A stretch of 64,000 nucleotides of DNA from Phyllosticta citribraziliensis (GCF_038025025.1 NW_027117347.1:1178001-1242000); one strand, 5' to 3'. Counted from the stretch's first letter, positions 1 through 16,242 are shown. A program made the numbers and translations. Notes: generated from the sequence alone by a model not told the origin.

Positions 1-1724
1 TTGTACATGTACTTGCTGTAGCTGCTATAGCTGCGAACTGATGGAGGGCTTTGAGAATGTTGGGTGCTGGTTCCTGGACTAGCTTGTCCAACAGAACGAA
101 CAGACTGCATAGACTGCATGCTTGAGTCTGCGGAGTGACCGAATTCCGGCCTACCGTCAGGCTGAATGGGGTGGTTGTGGTGGCTATTTGGGTTGCGAGC
201 GAGGCTGTACCTACCAGTGCCCGATGTTATTGATGGAGCCTTGCGTACGGTTTTCCGCTTCTCCTTCTTGGGTCTGATCGTCTCGTTGCTGGGCTTGAGG
301 CGAAGAGTGCCGCTTGGCTCTCCTCTCCCCTGGACAGCGCCACCTTGAGGCTGACCGATGACGCCTTGTGGGACCGATCGTACCGTCTCCGTCTCGACCG
401 TCATGTTCTTGGACGGCTCTGTAACGGATCGAGACTTTCCAGGCACGAGGCCCGTGAAAGAATTCCTCGAAGGCAAGCCGGCGGGACGTGGTGTGTGCGT
501 CGTCTTCTTCTGGTCCGTTGATCTGCCTCTATCCTCGCTCTTATTGTTGCTCCCACTTTCGCTTCCGCTCTCGCGAGCCTTGGCTTCTTGTGCCTTGGCC
601 GCGTCTGTGGGGACGGCGACAACGGTCTCGTCGCTCGATATTTGCTTTGAGGGGGCGTTTGCACTATGACTCATGTTAGCCGACGAACTCGATATTTTTT
701 TCCTCGCGACCTTTCTGCGGCGTGGTCTTGGCCGAGAAAAGCGGCGCGGGAACCAGCCGAAGCAAAATTACCTCTGAACGCTGAGCAGGTCGAATCCTGG
801 TGTTGCTGGTAGACTGGCTTCTTGGACAGTCTCGAGTGACGGGGCAGAGCCGCCCTGGCCTCGCAAAGTGCCTCTTCTCGACATGGTCTCTGGATCCTCA
901 GATTCGGCGGGCTGAGTCTCATTCCTGCTGCCGTGTCTCGACTGCGGAGGAGAGTCGGTGCTTTCGACGACGATGTTGGGAGCAGACTGGGTGGCAACGG
1001 GGCCGTCGGGGCGGCGAGGAGGGAGTTGAGATGGAGCTGGCTGGCCGCGGAGGGAGTTTCGGCGCGAGTGTGTGTTGGCGGAGGGTGGCGGCGACTTGAT
1101 TCGCGGCGAGACGGGCCAGTGTGGAGTGGAGTCTCCAGAGACAGCTGCACTGTTTGACTTTGCTGGCCGCTGGACCCTCGAAGCGTCTGCGGCTGCAGGA
1201 GGTTGAAGCTGAGGAGTGCTTGCAGATGCAAGGGCCCGCTGTATGGCGGCGGCCGAAGGCGTGGTTCCTGTGCCGGTCAGGGAAGTCGAAGTCGCGCCGC
1301 GGTGGGGGCTGACGTCGTTGGTATGACTGTTTTTGCGGGACCTGGCGACTTTCCGGGCCGGGCCGGCCATGGCAGGTTGGGCGGCGTGAGGTTGCGAGGT
1401 GGAAGTGGAGAGGGGAGGTCGCGAGGACGACGACGACGACACGGACGAGGTCGAAGGCTGGCGGGCCGGCGAGGTGTCGCGAGACTGGACGGGCGAAGAC
1501 ATGGCCGAAGGAGGGGCCGACGGGGTGCGCGGGCGGTGGTGCTGATTCACATTCACCTGGGTCTGTGTTGACGAGTGCTTGTTTGGGCGGAGTGACGATG
1601 ATTGGGTCGAAGTGTTGTTCGAAGTAGCACCAGCACCGGCTGAGGGCGCATCGTCGTAGAGGGCGGGATCTGCTGTCTCAGGCAGACCGGAGACGGAGCT
1701 GAAGCGTTCGTCCGTGTCGGCCAT
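1..1724 (-). CDS. VAC7: Vac7-like vacuolar segregation / phospholipid metabolism regulator, 5' part (runs off window start, introns)
   Basis: Ser/Pro-rich N-terminal ORF 768-1724; intron ~665-770 (GTAATT..CTAAC..TAG); next exon encodes MTVETETVRSVPQ...LRLKPSNETIRPKKEKRK, recognised from filamentous-fungal Vac7 proteins. Confidence 0.7.
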
Positions 1725-1973
1725 GGCTGCGTTCTGGGAGAGTCGTCGCAGGGCTGAGTGGGATCATTGCAAGGTTTGGAATGGCGTTGAGGTGGCTCTG
1801 AGCACTCCAGGGCCTTGGCTGCCGGCGACCTTCATTGAGGCCCTCGCAGGGCAGGGCACGCGGCGAGCGGCGGTTGGCTGGCCCGACGGAGGTGGGATTT
1901 ATTGGCCGAATCGAATGGACGCGGAGGGTACGGATGACGAGCAGAAGAGCGAGCGGGCGAGCGTGTAGACGCG

Positions 1974-2068
1974 GGCTTGGGATGGGTGGGTTGGGTGTTG
2001 AGGTGCGGAGGTGCAGGCAGGTGGGTGTGGACTGGGCGTGGGCGTGGGCGTGGGCATGGGCATGGGCG
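1974..2068 (+). repeat. G-run-rich low-complexity tract incl. (GGGCRT)n, followed by (GGCAA)n to ~2117
   Basis: gggcttgggatgggtgggttggg and gggcgtgggcgtgggcgtgggcatgggcatggg read directly. Confidence 0.8.
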
Positions 2069-3575
2069 GCTGAGGAGGGGAGAGAGAGGCAGAGGGCAAG
2101 GCAAGGCAAGGCAAGGCACCGCTGTTACAGGACAGGACGCTGGCCAGGCCAGGCAAGGCAGGCATCTCCCAAAGAGTCGTCATGGGCTTATTCCAAGTCT
2201 TTTCCAGACGCTCAACGCTCGCCGCCATTCCCTCGCGTCGCCCCCGTCCTCAGCCCACCCGACGTCCAGCTCCAGCTCCAGCTCCGCTCCCTCAGGTACG
2301 GCCGCATGTCCACGTCCACACCACGCACGACAACATCTGGGCCTCTCAGCTGCACCGCTGGGCTGACATGCGCTCCCCTTCATCTCCCGAATGCCGGCCA
2401 CGTCTCTCGCCGATCTTCAGCACATCAGCCAGGGCCCGCCGCAGACAGACAGCGCACCACCTCTACCTACAACACCACCACCACTGACAGCGCCTCCATC
2501 GCCCACGCGCATTTCTACTCTACCGTGCCACAGGCCCACTCACTCAATCTTCACCACACCCCCTTCACGCACAACGGGTCTTGTTTCTTTTTCGTAAACC
2601 GTGGGTTTTTTGATCATGTCATTTGAGTCCATGTGGCAGTAGCCCCAGTTGCGGCACACCACGTCTTGTCTCTCGGCTTCGCTCCCTGGCTTGGATGCTG
2701 CACCTCATCTGCCTACAGATCCCCTCCGCCTTTCGTACAATTGGCTAGCTAGGTAGGTGGCCCCCCATCTACCCAATCCAGGTATCGTCAATTCGTCAAA
2801 GGAAACAAAAGGAGAGCGAACAAAGGAGAAGAAAAGAGACCATCGAAAAGAAAAGGAGTGACGAGAAAATAATCAGGCAATCGCCGCCACCCATCCTCTC
2901 TATCCACTCACGCTTCCCCACATGTCTTTCCCATGCGAGGCTTATGGCCATGTGCCACGATGCTGGCTCTGCTTTTGTGTTGGCATTAAGTACAGTGTGC
3001 TTGCGAAAATGCCTGCCTGTAACGACATCCATGTATGCAAGGCTGAAAGGAAAACAAAGAAAAAGAAAAAAAGCTCGCTACAAACGATGGAAAATGATGC
3101 AGGCCGGCCGTGACAACGTTGGTAATGTGACATTTTCAAAGGAAAACCCCCCTCCAGACAGGTGCGCAGGCGAAGGCAGCCTGTGGCTGGTGACGAGTAA
3201 GCAAAGTCGTCTGTGTGTGTGGTGTGTGCATGTGAATGTTTTGATCGTCGAGCCATCATCTGCTGCTACTGTTGTACAGACGCCTTCGTACCAACTAGTG
3301 AGGCGTTCCGTCGTAACCGCTGTTGTTGAACGCCGAGAATTGCAAGTCGAGAATCCATGTGCGGGATATCAAATCGGAAAGGGAAAAAGCAAAGCAGATG
3401 CTCGTACTCTTGGTCGCCGCCCTCGAGGGCCTCTTAGCCAAGAGAAATCTACGGAAGCCAATCGCGACTCGACTTCCGTTCGCCTTGAACGCCAAAACGT
3501 GCTGTATGTATCGTGGACTTCCTTTTTTGGGGCGGGCACCATCGCCGTGTGCCGCGCCTGGTGGTAATGTGTTGC

Positions 3576-7053
<3,478 letters not shown>

Positions 7054-10035
7054 GCTCGCGGTTGAACTGCGGTCGGGGGTATGGATGAGTCGGTGAGACT
7101 GGACGCGTCGCGTGGGCGCGATCGTGACTGCGATGAAGCGTGTCGAAAACCTCCTAACAGAGAGTTTTGGACTGGATTTTTTGGGCCTGGTGTCGCGTGT
7201 CAGAGGGCGGGCGACTGGCAGTGTGCGAGGCGCATAGGGATAGGGGAAAAGTCCAGAAGACGGCAAAGAGTTAAGACTTCTGCCGCGCGCTTGCGAGACT
7301 TGCAGTATAGGAATGCAGGTGGTGTTTACCGTCAACACAGGCGGACCCGAGAGTCGGATAGTCGAATTCCTTTCCCCTTGTATGTGTGTGCGCGAGAGGC
7401 AGAGCCGTGAGTACACGGCCTCAACTCAGCTCCCTCGACGTGTGGGCATGCGCGGGCCGGGCAGCGCGGGGGAAAAGCCGTATGATGAGGGCGGCTCAGG
7501 TGGACGAGGATGGTGTGGGCGGAGTAGTCGGGGACGGGAGGAGGTGGTGGTGAGTGGGCGACGCGTTGGTGGAATGCGCAGGCGTCGAGTAAACAATGGG
7601 GCGCGTGAGGGAGAGCGCGTCACTCGGATCGGTGGTGATGCGCAAGGAGCGGGCGGAGGGTCGTGGGACAAAGAATGTGGGCGGGGTCGAAGAAGAGCGT
7701 CGGGGGGAGTAGAAGAGGAGCGGAGGGGCGAGAGTTGGTGTTGGGGCGAATTGTGTTGTATGGGTGGGTGGAGTGGACTGGGCGGCCCTTGGTGGAGGGA
7801 GGGTTCCTCAGGTTAGGAGAGACGCAGAGGCGGGAGGCGGCGGGCGGTGGCGGCGCGTGCTGGTGCTGGTGCTGGCCTGGGGCTCGCGTTTGCTGCCGTG
7901 GCCGAATCCCTGACCTCCGCACCCCTGTCCTGTCCTGTCCTGTCCGTCGCTCGCTCGCATCCCTCGCTCCCGTGGGTCCACCACAGCTTAGGTTGTGAAT
8001 AGTTACATCTGCCTACATGCGACTCGTGGCCGGGCGTCTGCTGAGGTGCAGTCTGCGTCAACCGCCTCCGCTGCGTCGACCCGCCGGGTGCCATGCGCCA
8101 AATGACGGCCAAGGGAGCCACTCAAGCCAACCACCACTGTTGGGCCAGTGTTGTTGTTGATGTTTATTTACTTCCCTTGCGGTATACACATCTCCAGTCT
8201 GCGCAATCGCCAGTCGCCATCCGGGTCCCCCCCGCACCTAGTCAGCTCCTCAGCCCTGCCGTGTCCCTCGCATTGCTCAACACACTGCATTCCTGGGGCC
8301 TCATTCTCCACGCCCGGGCATCCCTACGAGCCTGTTCCGCCCTGCCCTGCATGGCCCGGCCTGCTCGCCCTGTCTGCTGTGGTCGTGTCTTGAGCCAAGC
8401 TACGAGGCTGAGTTGCACATGCGCTGGCACCACCACCACCCCACGACGCCGACGACTCACCCATCTTCGAGCACGCGTACTCGTCGTCGTTCAATCAATA
8501 GCGGCCGTATATCGTGCACAGTCATCTTCTTCTTCAGCCTTTGGCGCCGCGTCGAATCCGCCCGCCGCCGTCCACGCAAATATGTGGCATTGGCGGCTCA
8601 CAACGGCTGCGTTGCGCCTGGCAACACTCGCACCTAGATGAGGCAAACGGCCTTACGTCAATAACGGCCTCGATACGTCTGTCAGACTCGGCGCTTAACC
8701 ATCTCGATGGCTGCATCTTGCATGGCGGGCTGGCGGCATGGCAGCATCGGCAGACCACATGAGCAAACGAAACGCAGGGGAAGGAGAGAAAAACACTCCG
8801 TTCAGGGTCTCGGGCCTCTCAGCCATTCATCTCAGCGCCACTGCAGCTCCGCCTCGCCCCTAGTCAATGTTCCCCAGACATCTTCATGCTCTCTCTGCGC
8901 CAATCACCCTGTGGCGCCTCATGGCGCCCAACGGCGCCCTCGTCATCTTCTGCCTCCATTGAACATCCGATAGCTCCTCGAGTAGCAGGCTCCCGCACTG
9001 CGCCACTGCCCGCCCGCCGTCCCTCACCAGTCTTTTTAGCGCCTAACATGTGATGTTTACACTCTCCAAATAATGAAGCTCTTGAGAGTCGCCAATGGAT
9101 CCAACTCGGATTGATTTGCTCCAGCTAAGGTGCCGTTAAACTTTGGCTTGCATGTCTGAGCAATTTCGGCTCAGCTCGCGCGCACAGCCGCGTACGCTGA
9201 ATCTTGTCTGAAGCTGGAAGCCACAAGTATAGAATACTCAATGGCGTCGTCTGCGCTCAAGTCGCCAAGGCGGGAGAGGATCTGATGATCAGCCCTGGGT
9301 CCCCACGGCGAGAAGAGCCGGAGCTTTGCGGGCGTGCGGGTAGAAACGGAGACTCCGGATCAACAGTCCATCATCAATCTCGTCCCGCCCAGTCATCACC
9401 TTACGGCCGCGCCTTGATCCTGCCGCGCCATCTCATTGCGCCGTCACTCAAATACATGAAATTGGCTGCCTCCCGGTGGCCAGGCAATGGCAATGATACT
9501 AAAAGGCTCTCATGTCATTTTGCTCAAGGATGCTCTGCTTTGCTTTCCTCGTCTCGACCAAAACATTTAACCCTTTTTGGAATTGCGCAATCTTCTGCCG
9601 CGGCCGCTCCCGCCGTGTTTCTGGCCTCTCTTTGTCAACCACGGCCGTGACGGGTCCTTGGGTCCGCGCTCGCCTGGTTCAAAGCGTGTGCACTGAGACG
9701 ACGGCGCCGGTGGAGATCCCACCGCAGTGGCTCACCTCACGACCAGTCAGGTCTCACCACCCAGGTCTACGACAACAATCGGTCTCTCTTCGGCCGGAAC
9801 AAAAAATTTCAATCCAAAAATGTCTTCCTCTGGATGCAAGTCAAGAGTCGGTGTGCAAAGACAGGCCTCACTGCTGCTCGTTAATGTCTCTCTGGTGGGT
9901 AGATGCTGCATGTACGAGACAGAACTGATATCAGATATTCCATGCATGGATGCTATTCGGCTAGAACTACTCGGACCCACATCAATCCACCTCAGCACCA
10001 CCACCATTACCTTACCCCGCAATCCTCTGGACGGC

Positions 10036-11662
10036 TCAGAACTTTGGCTTGAACGGCATCGTTGCCAATTGCTGTCCTGCGTTGCCTTGGATGCCAAAGA
10101 GCTTGTAGAGCCAGTTCATGATGATGAAAAACGACTCGGGCTCCCCCATGTGCTTGATGCCAGGGACGAATCTGGGAGGGCAAAGGTCAGCATCCGCATA
10201 TCTACATCCTGGCAATCAACGTACCGAGCTTCCTTTGGAGCACCGTGCTGAAGAGCGAGGTAATAATCGTCGATGGGGAAGATTTCGTCCTCGGTACCCT
10301 GGGCAAAACACCAGTCAACGGAGCCAGGATCAAAGAGTGGGGTGCATCCATACGTTTACCAACAACAGCCGCGCACACTCTGGCTTGTCGAGCGTTCCGT
10401 CTTTGAGCAGAGAAAACTTGTCCGAGGCCTCGGCCTTGAACTTTTCCACGTCGTCGCCGTAGCCAAACTTGTAGGCCAGCGTGTTGGCCAGACTGTTTCT
10501 CACATCAGCGTCTTTCATTCTCCATGGCTCAAATCCCCGCAACCCCCCAAAAAGGAAGCTAAACTCACTCGAATGGGTACTCCAGGTGATTGACATGGTC
10601 CAACCACTCGCGATCAAACATGTGGTGGCACCCACCCCCAAGCGCCACCACCCCCGCCAGCCTGTTGGGATGCGTATGCGCCAAGCGAATCGCATAGAAG
10701 CCGCCAGTCGAAAAGGCCCAGACGGCGACGCGCTTCGAGTCGATGGCCTCCTGCGCGTCGACCCAGTCCAGCAAGCTGCTCCACTCGCGATCGGGGCTCG
10801 TGGGGTCGCTGGCGAGAGCAGGGCTGTCACCGGTGCCGGGAATCTCGACGACGACGACAGCGACGCCATTGCGGCGCCAACCCTCGGCCCACACGGCCAG
10901 CTCAGTGCGGTAGCCGTCGAGTCCCGTCATGATGATGACGAGGGGAGCCGGCGAGCTCTTGGACGCGCCGCCCGGCAGTTGGTGGTACACGGGGATGTGC
11001 TTGCCCTCGCCCTCAATGCCGTGCGTGTGCGGAATCAGCACCTCATCCACCGGGTGCTCGCGCAGTTGCAGTCCCTTGAGGCACGCCTCTTTGCCCTTGG
11101 CCCACGCTGCCCGCTGCTTCTCCGACCGCGGCGCCGGGAATCGCGATATGCGGTACACGCCCGACGCACGCAGGTAGTATTCGGACGCCTTTTCGCGCTC
11201 GCCTGCCGCTTCAGCCGCCTCGGCCGTAGCTACCAGCTTCTCAGCGTGGGGTGCGAAGACGCCGGCGTACGCGTCCCAGTCGTAAGGCTCTTTCATGCCG
11301 AGCTGCATGGTTGCCAGTCAGCTTCTGCTTTCTCTCCCGCCGCTGACGAGCATGTAATCTGCAGGTCTGATGATTCGGAGCACCTACCTTGGTCATTTCT
11401 TCGACGATGGGCTCGAAGTCCGACGCGGCGCTGAACATGAAGGGATAGACGCCCATTTGAGCCTGTGGTGAACAATAAACAGTCAGCACGAGTTCTCCTC
11501 CTCAACTGCTTCAAAATCACTCTGTAGAGTGGACAGTGCGTTCTTGTTCCAACTGACCGGCTTCTTCCACTTGGTCTCCCACAGCTGCTCAAACGATTCA
11601 TGATGCGGCGCCGGCTTCGTGAGCTTGTCCTGAATGAAGAACTTTCCGTTTGGCGCGGCCAT
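10036..11662 (-). CDS. ayg1: Ayg1-like alpha/beta hydrolase (polyketide-shortening enzyme of DHN-melanin pathway), about 6 exons
   Basis: Spliced product MAAPNGKFFIQ..HHESFEQLWETKWKKP..GVYPFMF..GLDGYRTE..WAFSTGGFYA..NGTEDEIFPIDD..KHMGEP..FKPKF*; canonical introns seen. Confidence 0.85.
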
Positions 11663-12699
11663 TTTTTTAATTTCTTCGTCCGTCCGTCTGTTGGTCTATT
11701 TTGCGTCTCAGGCGTCTCTTTTAAGAATCTCCCGTCTCTTTGCTTTTCTCCTTGTTTTTCTTTTGCCAACCCACCGTTTCCACAGTAATCGGGGCTCGTC
11801 GCGGCGCTCTGTTGGTGGAGATTGGCTGCGGTCGTGGCGGTTGCGCTACTCCGCGTGACGTACGTCACAACACGGACAAGAGCCGAATCGCAGAATTTGG
11901 ACAATCGTCCGGAGACTTGGGCCTTCCTGTCCTAGTGCGGGAGATGCGGATGGGCGAAAGTGAGGAAGAGTTGGGCTGTCAAGCAGGTAGGTCAGAGGAG
12001 TTATACTTTTGTTGCGCACTCTGCACAGCAATTGCAAAAGACGAGAGAAGCGTCGAAGCGAGGAAGATCGGGCAAGAAGTCGAAGAAACAGGTAAGAAGA
12101 AAACAAATGACCGACGCAGGATCAAACACAACATTTATACACCCACCCACCCACTCATCCATCCATCATCCATCATCCATGTCCGGTCCCTTTTCCCCCA
12201 CACGGAGTCCGTCTTCTCGGCATGTCCGTCCGTCACACGTTCGGTACCTGGGCAGGTCTTGGTAGCCGGCCGCCAACCCACCCCACCATTCGGGCAAGTC
12301 TGCCCCGTCTGTCTACCTTGCCGTTCTGCCGACCGCCACCGCCGCTCCTTGACGCAAATCAGACAGCCGTGGCTCAGAACGGCGTTTTGCTAGCCGCGTA
12401 CAGTACGTGGCTAGTCTCTTGGAGGGCTAGCTTTGGAGCCGCCGCGCGTGGGTGGCGGGCAGGGGTACGAATACGGCGCTGTGGTGCTGGTGTTTGCGCG
12501 CGCGCGTAGTGCACGGGGAAGGTGGAGGAGGCGTTGGACGCGTACTCGTAGGTCGTTGTTTTCTTTTCTTGTATTTTTGGCGCTTGTTTGGTTGCTTTCG
12601 TGCTTCCTTGCGTCCACACGTGCGTACGCTTGTTGGGCAAGTAAGTTGACGACTGACAACTGACCGATCGACCGAGCATATGGCACAGCAGCATCGTGG

Positions 12700-12728
12700 C
12701 TTGCTTGCGTGCGTGCGTGCGTGCGTGC
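12700..12728. repeat. (GCTT)/(GCGT)n microsatellite
   Basis: ttgcttgcgtgcgtgcgtgcgtgcgtgc. Confidence 0.8.
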
Positions 12729-13633
12729 AGATTGCCTCAAGCAAATATATGTACCTTGGGTAAGGACATACCGAGTGCAAGCACAAATACCGGCATGGCT
12801 ATAATCGCCGATTGGACACAGAACAAGATGGGCGGCGATTGTGAGATGTGGGGATTTGGTACCGGTACGTAGGTGCTCTGCTGCGAGGCGCTGACAGGAC
12901 AGCCCAGGGTTCAGGGAGGGCGTCGGAGAATCGAGATGGGACGGACGGGACCCTCGGACGGAGCTGCCTGGGTGCGGTGCCCGTCTGGCTGTCAGCCACG
13001 CGGGGCGGCATCGGGGCACCCTCCGCGTACGGCACCCCTCCCCCTTGCCGTACGCACCGTACCCTACCTGGTACGTACGCGTCTACCTCCTACTCCCTGG
13101 TAAGTACCGAACCGAACCAACGAAAACGAAGCCTTGGTGGTGGGTGTCATGAAACTGTTGCTTTGTCAAAAAGTTGCATTCGACGGCTCTTACTCCCGCA
13201 TTCAGGAACTTTTTCTTCGGCGTTGCGATGCCATTGAATATCAGTTTTCAGAAAAAATCAAAGATATTGTTGAGTGTCTGTCTAGGAAACGGACATGGCT
13301 CGCACGTCGCGGCGGCGGCGGTTGGTGCAGTAGCGGAGTCTGGAGGAACCTGGGTGCTTCATTCCAGGCTCGAGAAGTGCGTTTGTAGAATTCTTTTTCC
13401 CCAGGAAATGCTACCCTGGTTGCTCCTGGCACTACGGGACGCACGTGGATAAGGTAGTTATTCTCTCGTTCTTTGGCTCTCTCGATTTTGGCTTTGCATT
13501 CGATGTCCTGCTTTTACTGGATGACTACCTACTACAACACTAGTTGTCCTCCTCGGTATTGCAGGCGCTTTTTTATCCTTGGTGGACTGATCAAGATACG
13601 GTCGATGGATCCCACAGTAGGTAGAGTACAAAC

Positions 13634-14101
13634 TCACAGCCGCGAGCCCTTCACCCGCTGCGCCGCGCGCCGCTCCTCCTCCGTCTCCTGTCTCGGCAAG
13701 CACAACCGCACTCTGCCCTGTTGTTCCAACTGGACTAATTGCATTTGATAAGCCTGCAACTCGTCCGCCTGCTGCCTCGCCATGAAAAACCGCCTTTTGT
13801 TCTGCTCTTCCAACAGCGCCGGCTGCATCTGATAACCCTGCAAAGCGCCAATGCTACCAACCGGAAAGGCGACTCCCCTTCCAGCCACCTGCTGCTGTCT
13901 CCACTGCACATTTTGCCGAATCGAAGTCATCTGTTGCAGGACCGCCCTTTGCGTTTGGTCTGCCATCGGTCGGAGCGCAAGAGGCAGCTCCCCGTGCATC
14001 TTGAACGTGTGCAGCAGCCTCTGCCACTCGGCGCTTTCGTTGGCGTTGAGGCCCGTCGGCGGTTCGAGGAGCGCGGTCGGGTTGGTCCAGCCCCGATCCA
14101 T
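13634..14101 (-). CDS. Small Gln-rich protein with two Som1/Flo8-like 'YQMQ..LLE.QNK' motifs (paralog A)
   Basis: ATG 14101; ALQGYQMQPALLEEQNKRRFFMARQQ and LQAYQMQLVQLEQQ; clear similarity to 14969-15517. Confidence 0.65.
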   Translation of the reverse strand: MDRGWTNPTALLEPPTGLNANESAEWQRLLHTFKMHGELPLALRPMADQTQRAVLQQMTSIRQNVQWRQQQVAGRGVAFPVGSIGALQGYQMQPALLEEQNKRRFFMARQQADELQAYQMQLVQLEQQGRVRLCLPRQETEEERRAAQRVKGSRL

Positions 14102-14968
14102 GGCTGCGATTTGGTTTGTCGTTGAGTGATTGGGTGGTTGCTCTGGCTTCGGACACACGGGGCACACGGGCGCGAGACGGGACGGAGTGAGTGGAGCGGA
14201 ACGGGGCGCGGAGCGTCAATGTGCTGAGTTGTGGAGGGAAGATGAAGATGGTCAGGGTGGGTGGGGAGCCAGTGCGTACGGGCGGCCGGCTGTCCTCAGG
14301 GTTGCGGTCTTGGTCGGTGAGGTGGCGGAAAGGCGGGTAGTGGCGTCTTTGGGAGGTGGTGGTGTTGAGAGAGAGCAAACGAAGGTTGAGAGGACTGCGG
14401 TCGACTTTTGTACGTGCTCGTTGTAACTGTGCCACTGTGCCACCGTGTGCTGAAGGTCGCACAAGTTGGCGACGCAGCCAATTTCGCGACGAAAAGCAAA
14501 GCAAAGGAATTCTAAATTGCGATACTACCCTGAATGCTCCTGGCACCGTGGGACGCAAGTGAATATTTATTCTTTTGTCCTTTAGCCCTCTCAATTTCAT
14601 GTTGCTTTCAACGCCCTGCTTTTACCTGCGTACCTATTGGAGATGAAGGAGAGTTGATTTTTTGAAGGCCACAAGCTCCGCACACCAAAAGGACTAAGCA
14701 AATGAGCGTGAGGACAAACGCGCGAAAGCGCGAGCAGAAACCATAACCTTTACTCCGTAAATCAGTCGTCAATATTCAAAACCGTAACAATACCTGAAAG
14801 ATCCCTCGAAGCTGCAAGATTCTGAGACAGTCTGGGCAGCGCTTCGTCGAACATTTTGGTCTTCCTCGATCTGAGCATTTTGGTTGTCGTCCTCCTCCGT
14901 CTTGCACGCACTTCTCTCCCTCTTGCTACCCTCATCAATTTGGATGGATCCCCCACAGAGGTATGGAA

Positions 14969-15517
14969 TTACAGCCGCGAGCCCTTCGCCCGCTTGTTCT
15001 TGTGCCGCACCACCAGGCGCTTCCCTTTGTTCTGTTGTTCCAAGCGCATCAGCTCAACTTGATAAGCCACCAGCGGGTTATTGCCACAAGCTGCGAGCTT
15101 CCTTTCAACTTCCTTCGTGAACCCCACCGCTTGCTGGCCCTCGCTCTTGTGCTTCAGGTACTGCAGCCCCTCCATCAACACACTCTTCGGGATCGGGTGT
15201 TTAGGCATCGTCAACACCATCAACAACAACAAATGATCATCCGGATCCGACCAAGCTTGTTTGCCACCAGGTGCACGCGACATTCTAAGCTCCTTCTGAT
15301 GCCTCCTCTCTGCCATTTCCCGAATCGACTGCATCCTTTTCAGGGCCGCCGCCTGCTGCGGTGGAGTTGCCGCCGTGGGCTGGAGCGAAGCAGGCGGCGC
15401 TCCGTGCTTCTCGACCGTCTGGCGGAGCTTCTGCCACTCCTCGAGTTCGCCGAGGTTGAGGGTCAGGCCCTTCAACGGCTCAATGAGCGAGGATGGGTTG
15501 ATCTGGGGTGCGCTCAT
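14969..15517 (-). CDS. Small protein with one Som1/Flo8-like motif (paralog B)
   Basis: 182-aa ORF; NPSSLIEPLKGL..EWQKL..HG.PP.SL.P aligns with paralog A; LVAYQVELMRLEQQNK; ends KGSRL. Confidence 0.65.
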   Translation of the reverse strand: MSAPQINPSSLIEPLKGLTLNLGELEEWQKLRQTVEKHGAPPASLQPTAATPPQQAAALKRMQSIREMAERRHQKELRMSRAPGGKQAWSDPDDHLLLLMVLTMPKHPIPKSVLMEGLQYLKHKSEGQQAVGFTKEVERKLAACGNNPLVAYQVELMRLEQQNKGKRLVVRHKNKRAKGSRL

Positions 15518-16242
15518 TTTGTTCGTCGTCGAGTGCTTGGTTTAATCTAGCTTCGGACACGGACACACGGGCGCAAGACGGGACGGAGCGAAGCGGAGCG
15601 GAACGGGGCGCGGAGCTTCACTGCCGTGTGTGGAGGATGGTCGGGGTGCCGAGTGGGGAGCCGGTGCGTGCGGGTGGGTAGGTAGCCGGGGGCCGTCTTC
15701 GGGATGACGGGCTTGGTCAACGTCAGTCCGCTTAGAGCTTTGGTGGCTTACGACAACACAAACGGCTGATCGCTTGCTTACCGGTACTTCCTTACTGGCC
15801 GACTGCACAGTGCCGGTATGCCGAGCGTGCTGCGATGTGAGATATCCGGGCGGACATAGGCGTGTTTGCGAGGTGATATGGAAAGAGGATGATGAGGACA
15901 AAGGGTATTACGGGACTACCATTGACCATTTTATGTCCTCGTTGTGACCGTGACTCACAGGTTGGCAGCGCGTTGACAGCGTAACAGCAGCGAATAGTTG
16001 TCGCGAGGAAAGGAAAAGAAAGTCTAATTTGCGACAAGCATGAACTTTACGGCGTCGAAACTTCATAATGCAGCAGAATTGTGGCGCGCATATCTACCGG
16101 AGTGTCCTATTCGTCAACTCGTCCGCCACACAGTACCGCGATGTCTGTTATCTCTGACTTGAACAAGTCCTCACATAGTTCTGATGAAGTCAAGCTTTGA
16201 CCCAGTGCCGTGGTCCAGTTATCAAAACTATGAGTGAGAATG

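Noticed and set aside
1835..2626. 263-aa ORF with WAWAWA repeat
   Set aside because: Translation of promoter microsatellites
10481..11434. 317-aa + strand ORF (similarly 20650-21696 -, 34719-35561 +, 47341-48063 +)
   Set aside because: Antisense shadows of well-supported GC3-rich genes
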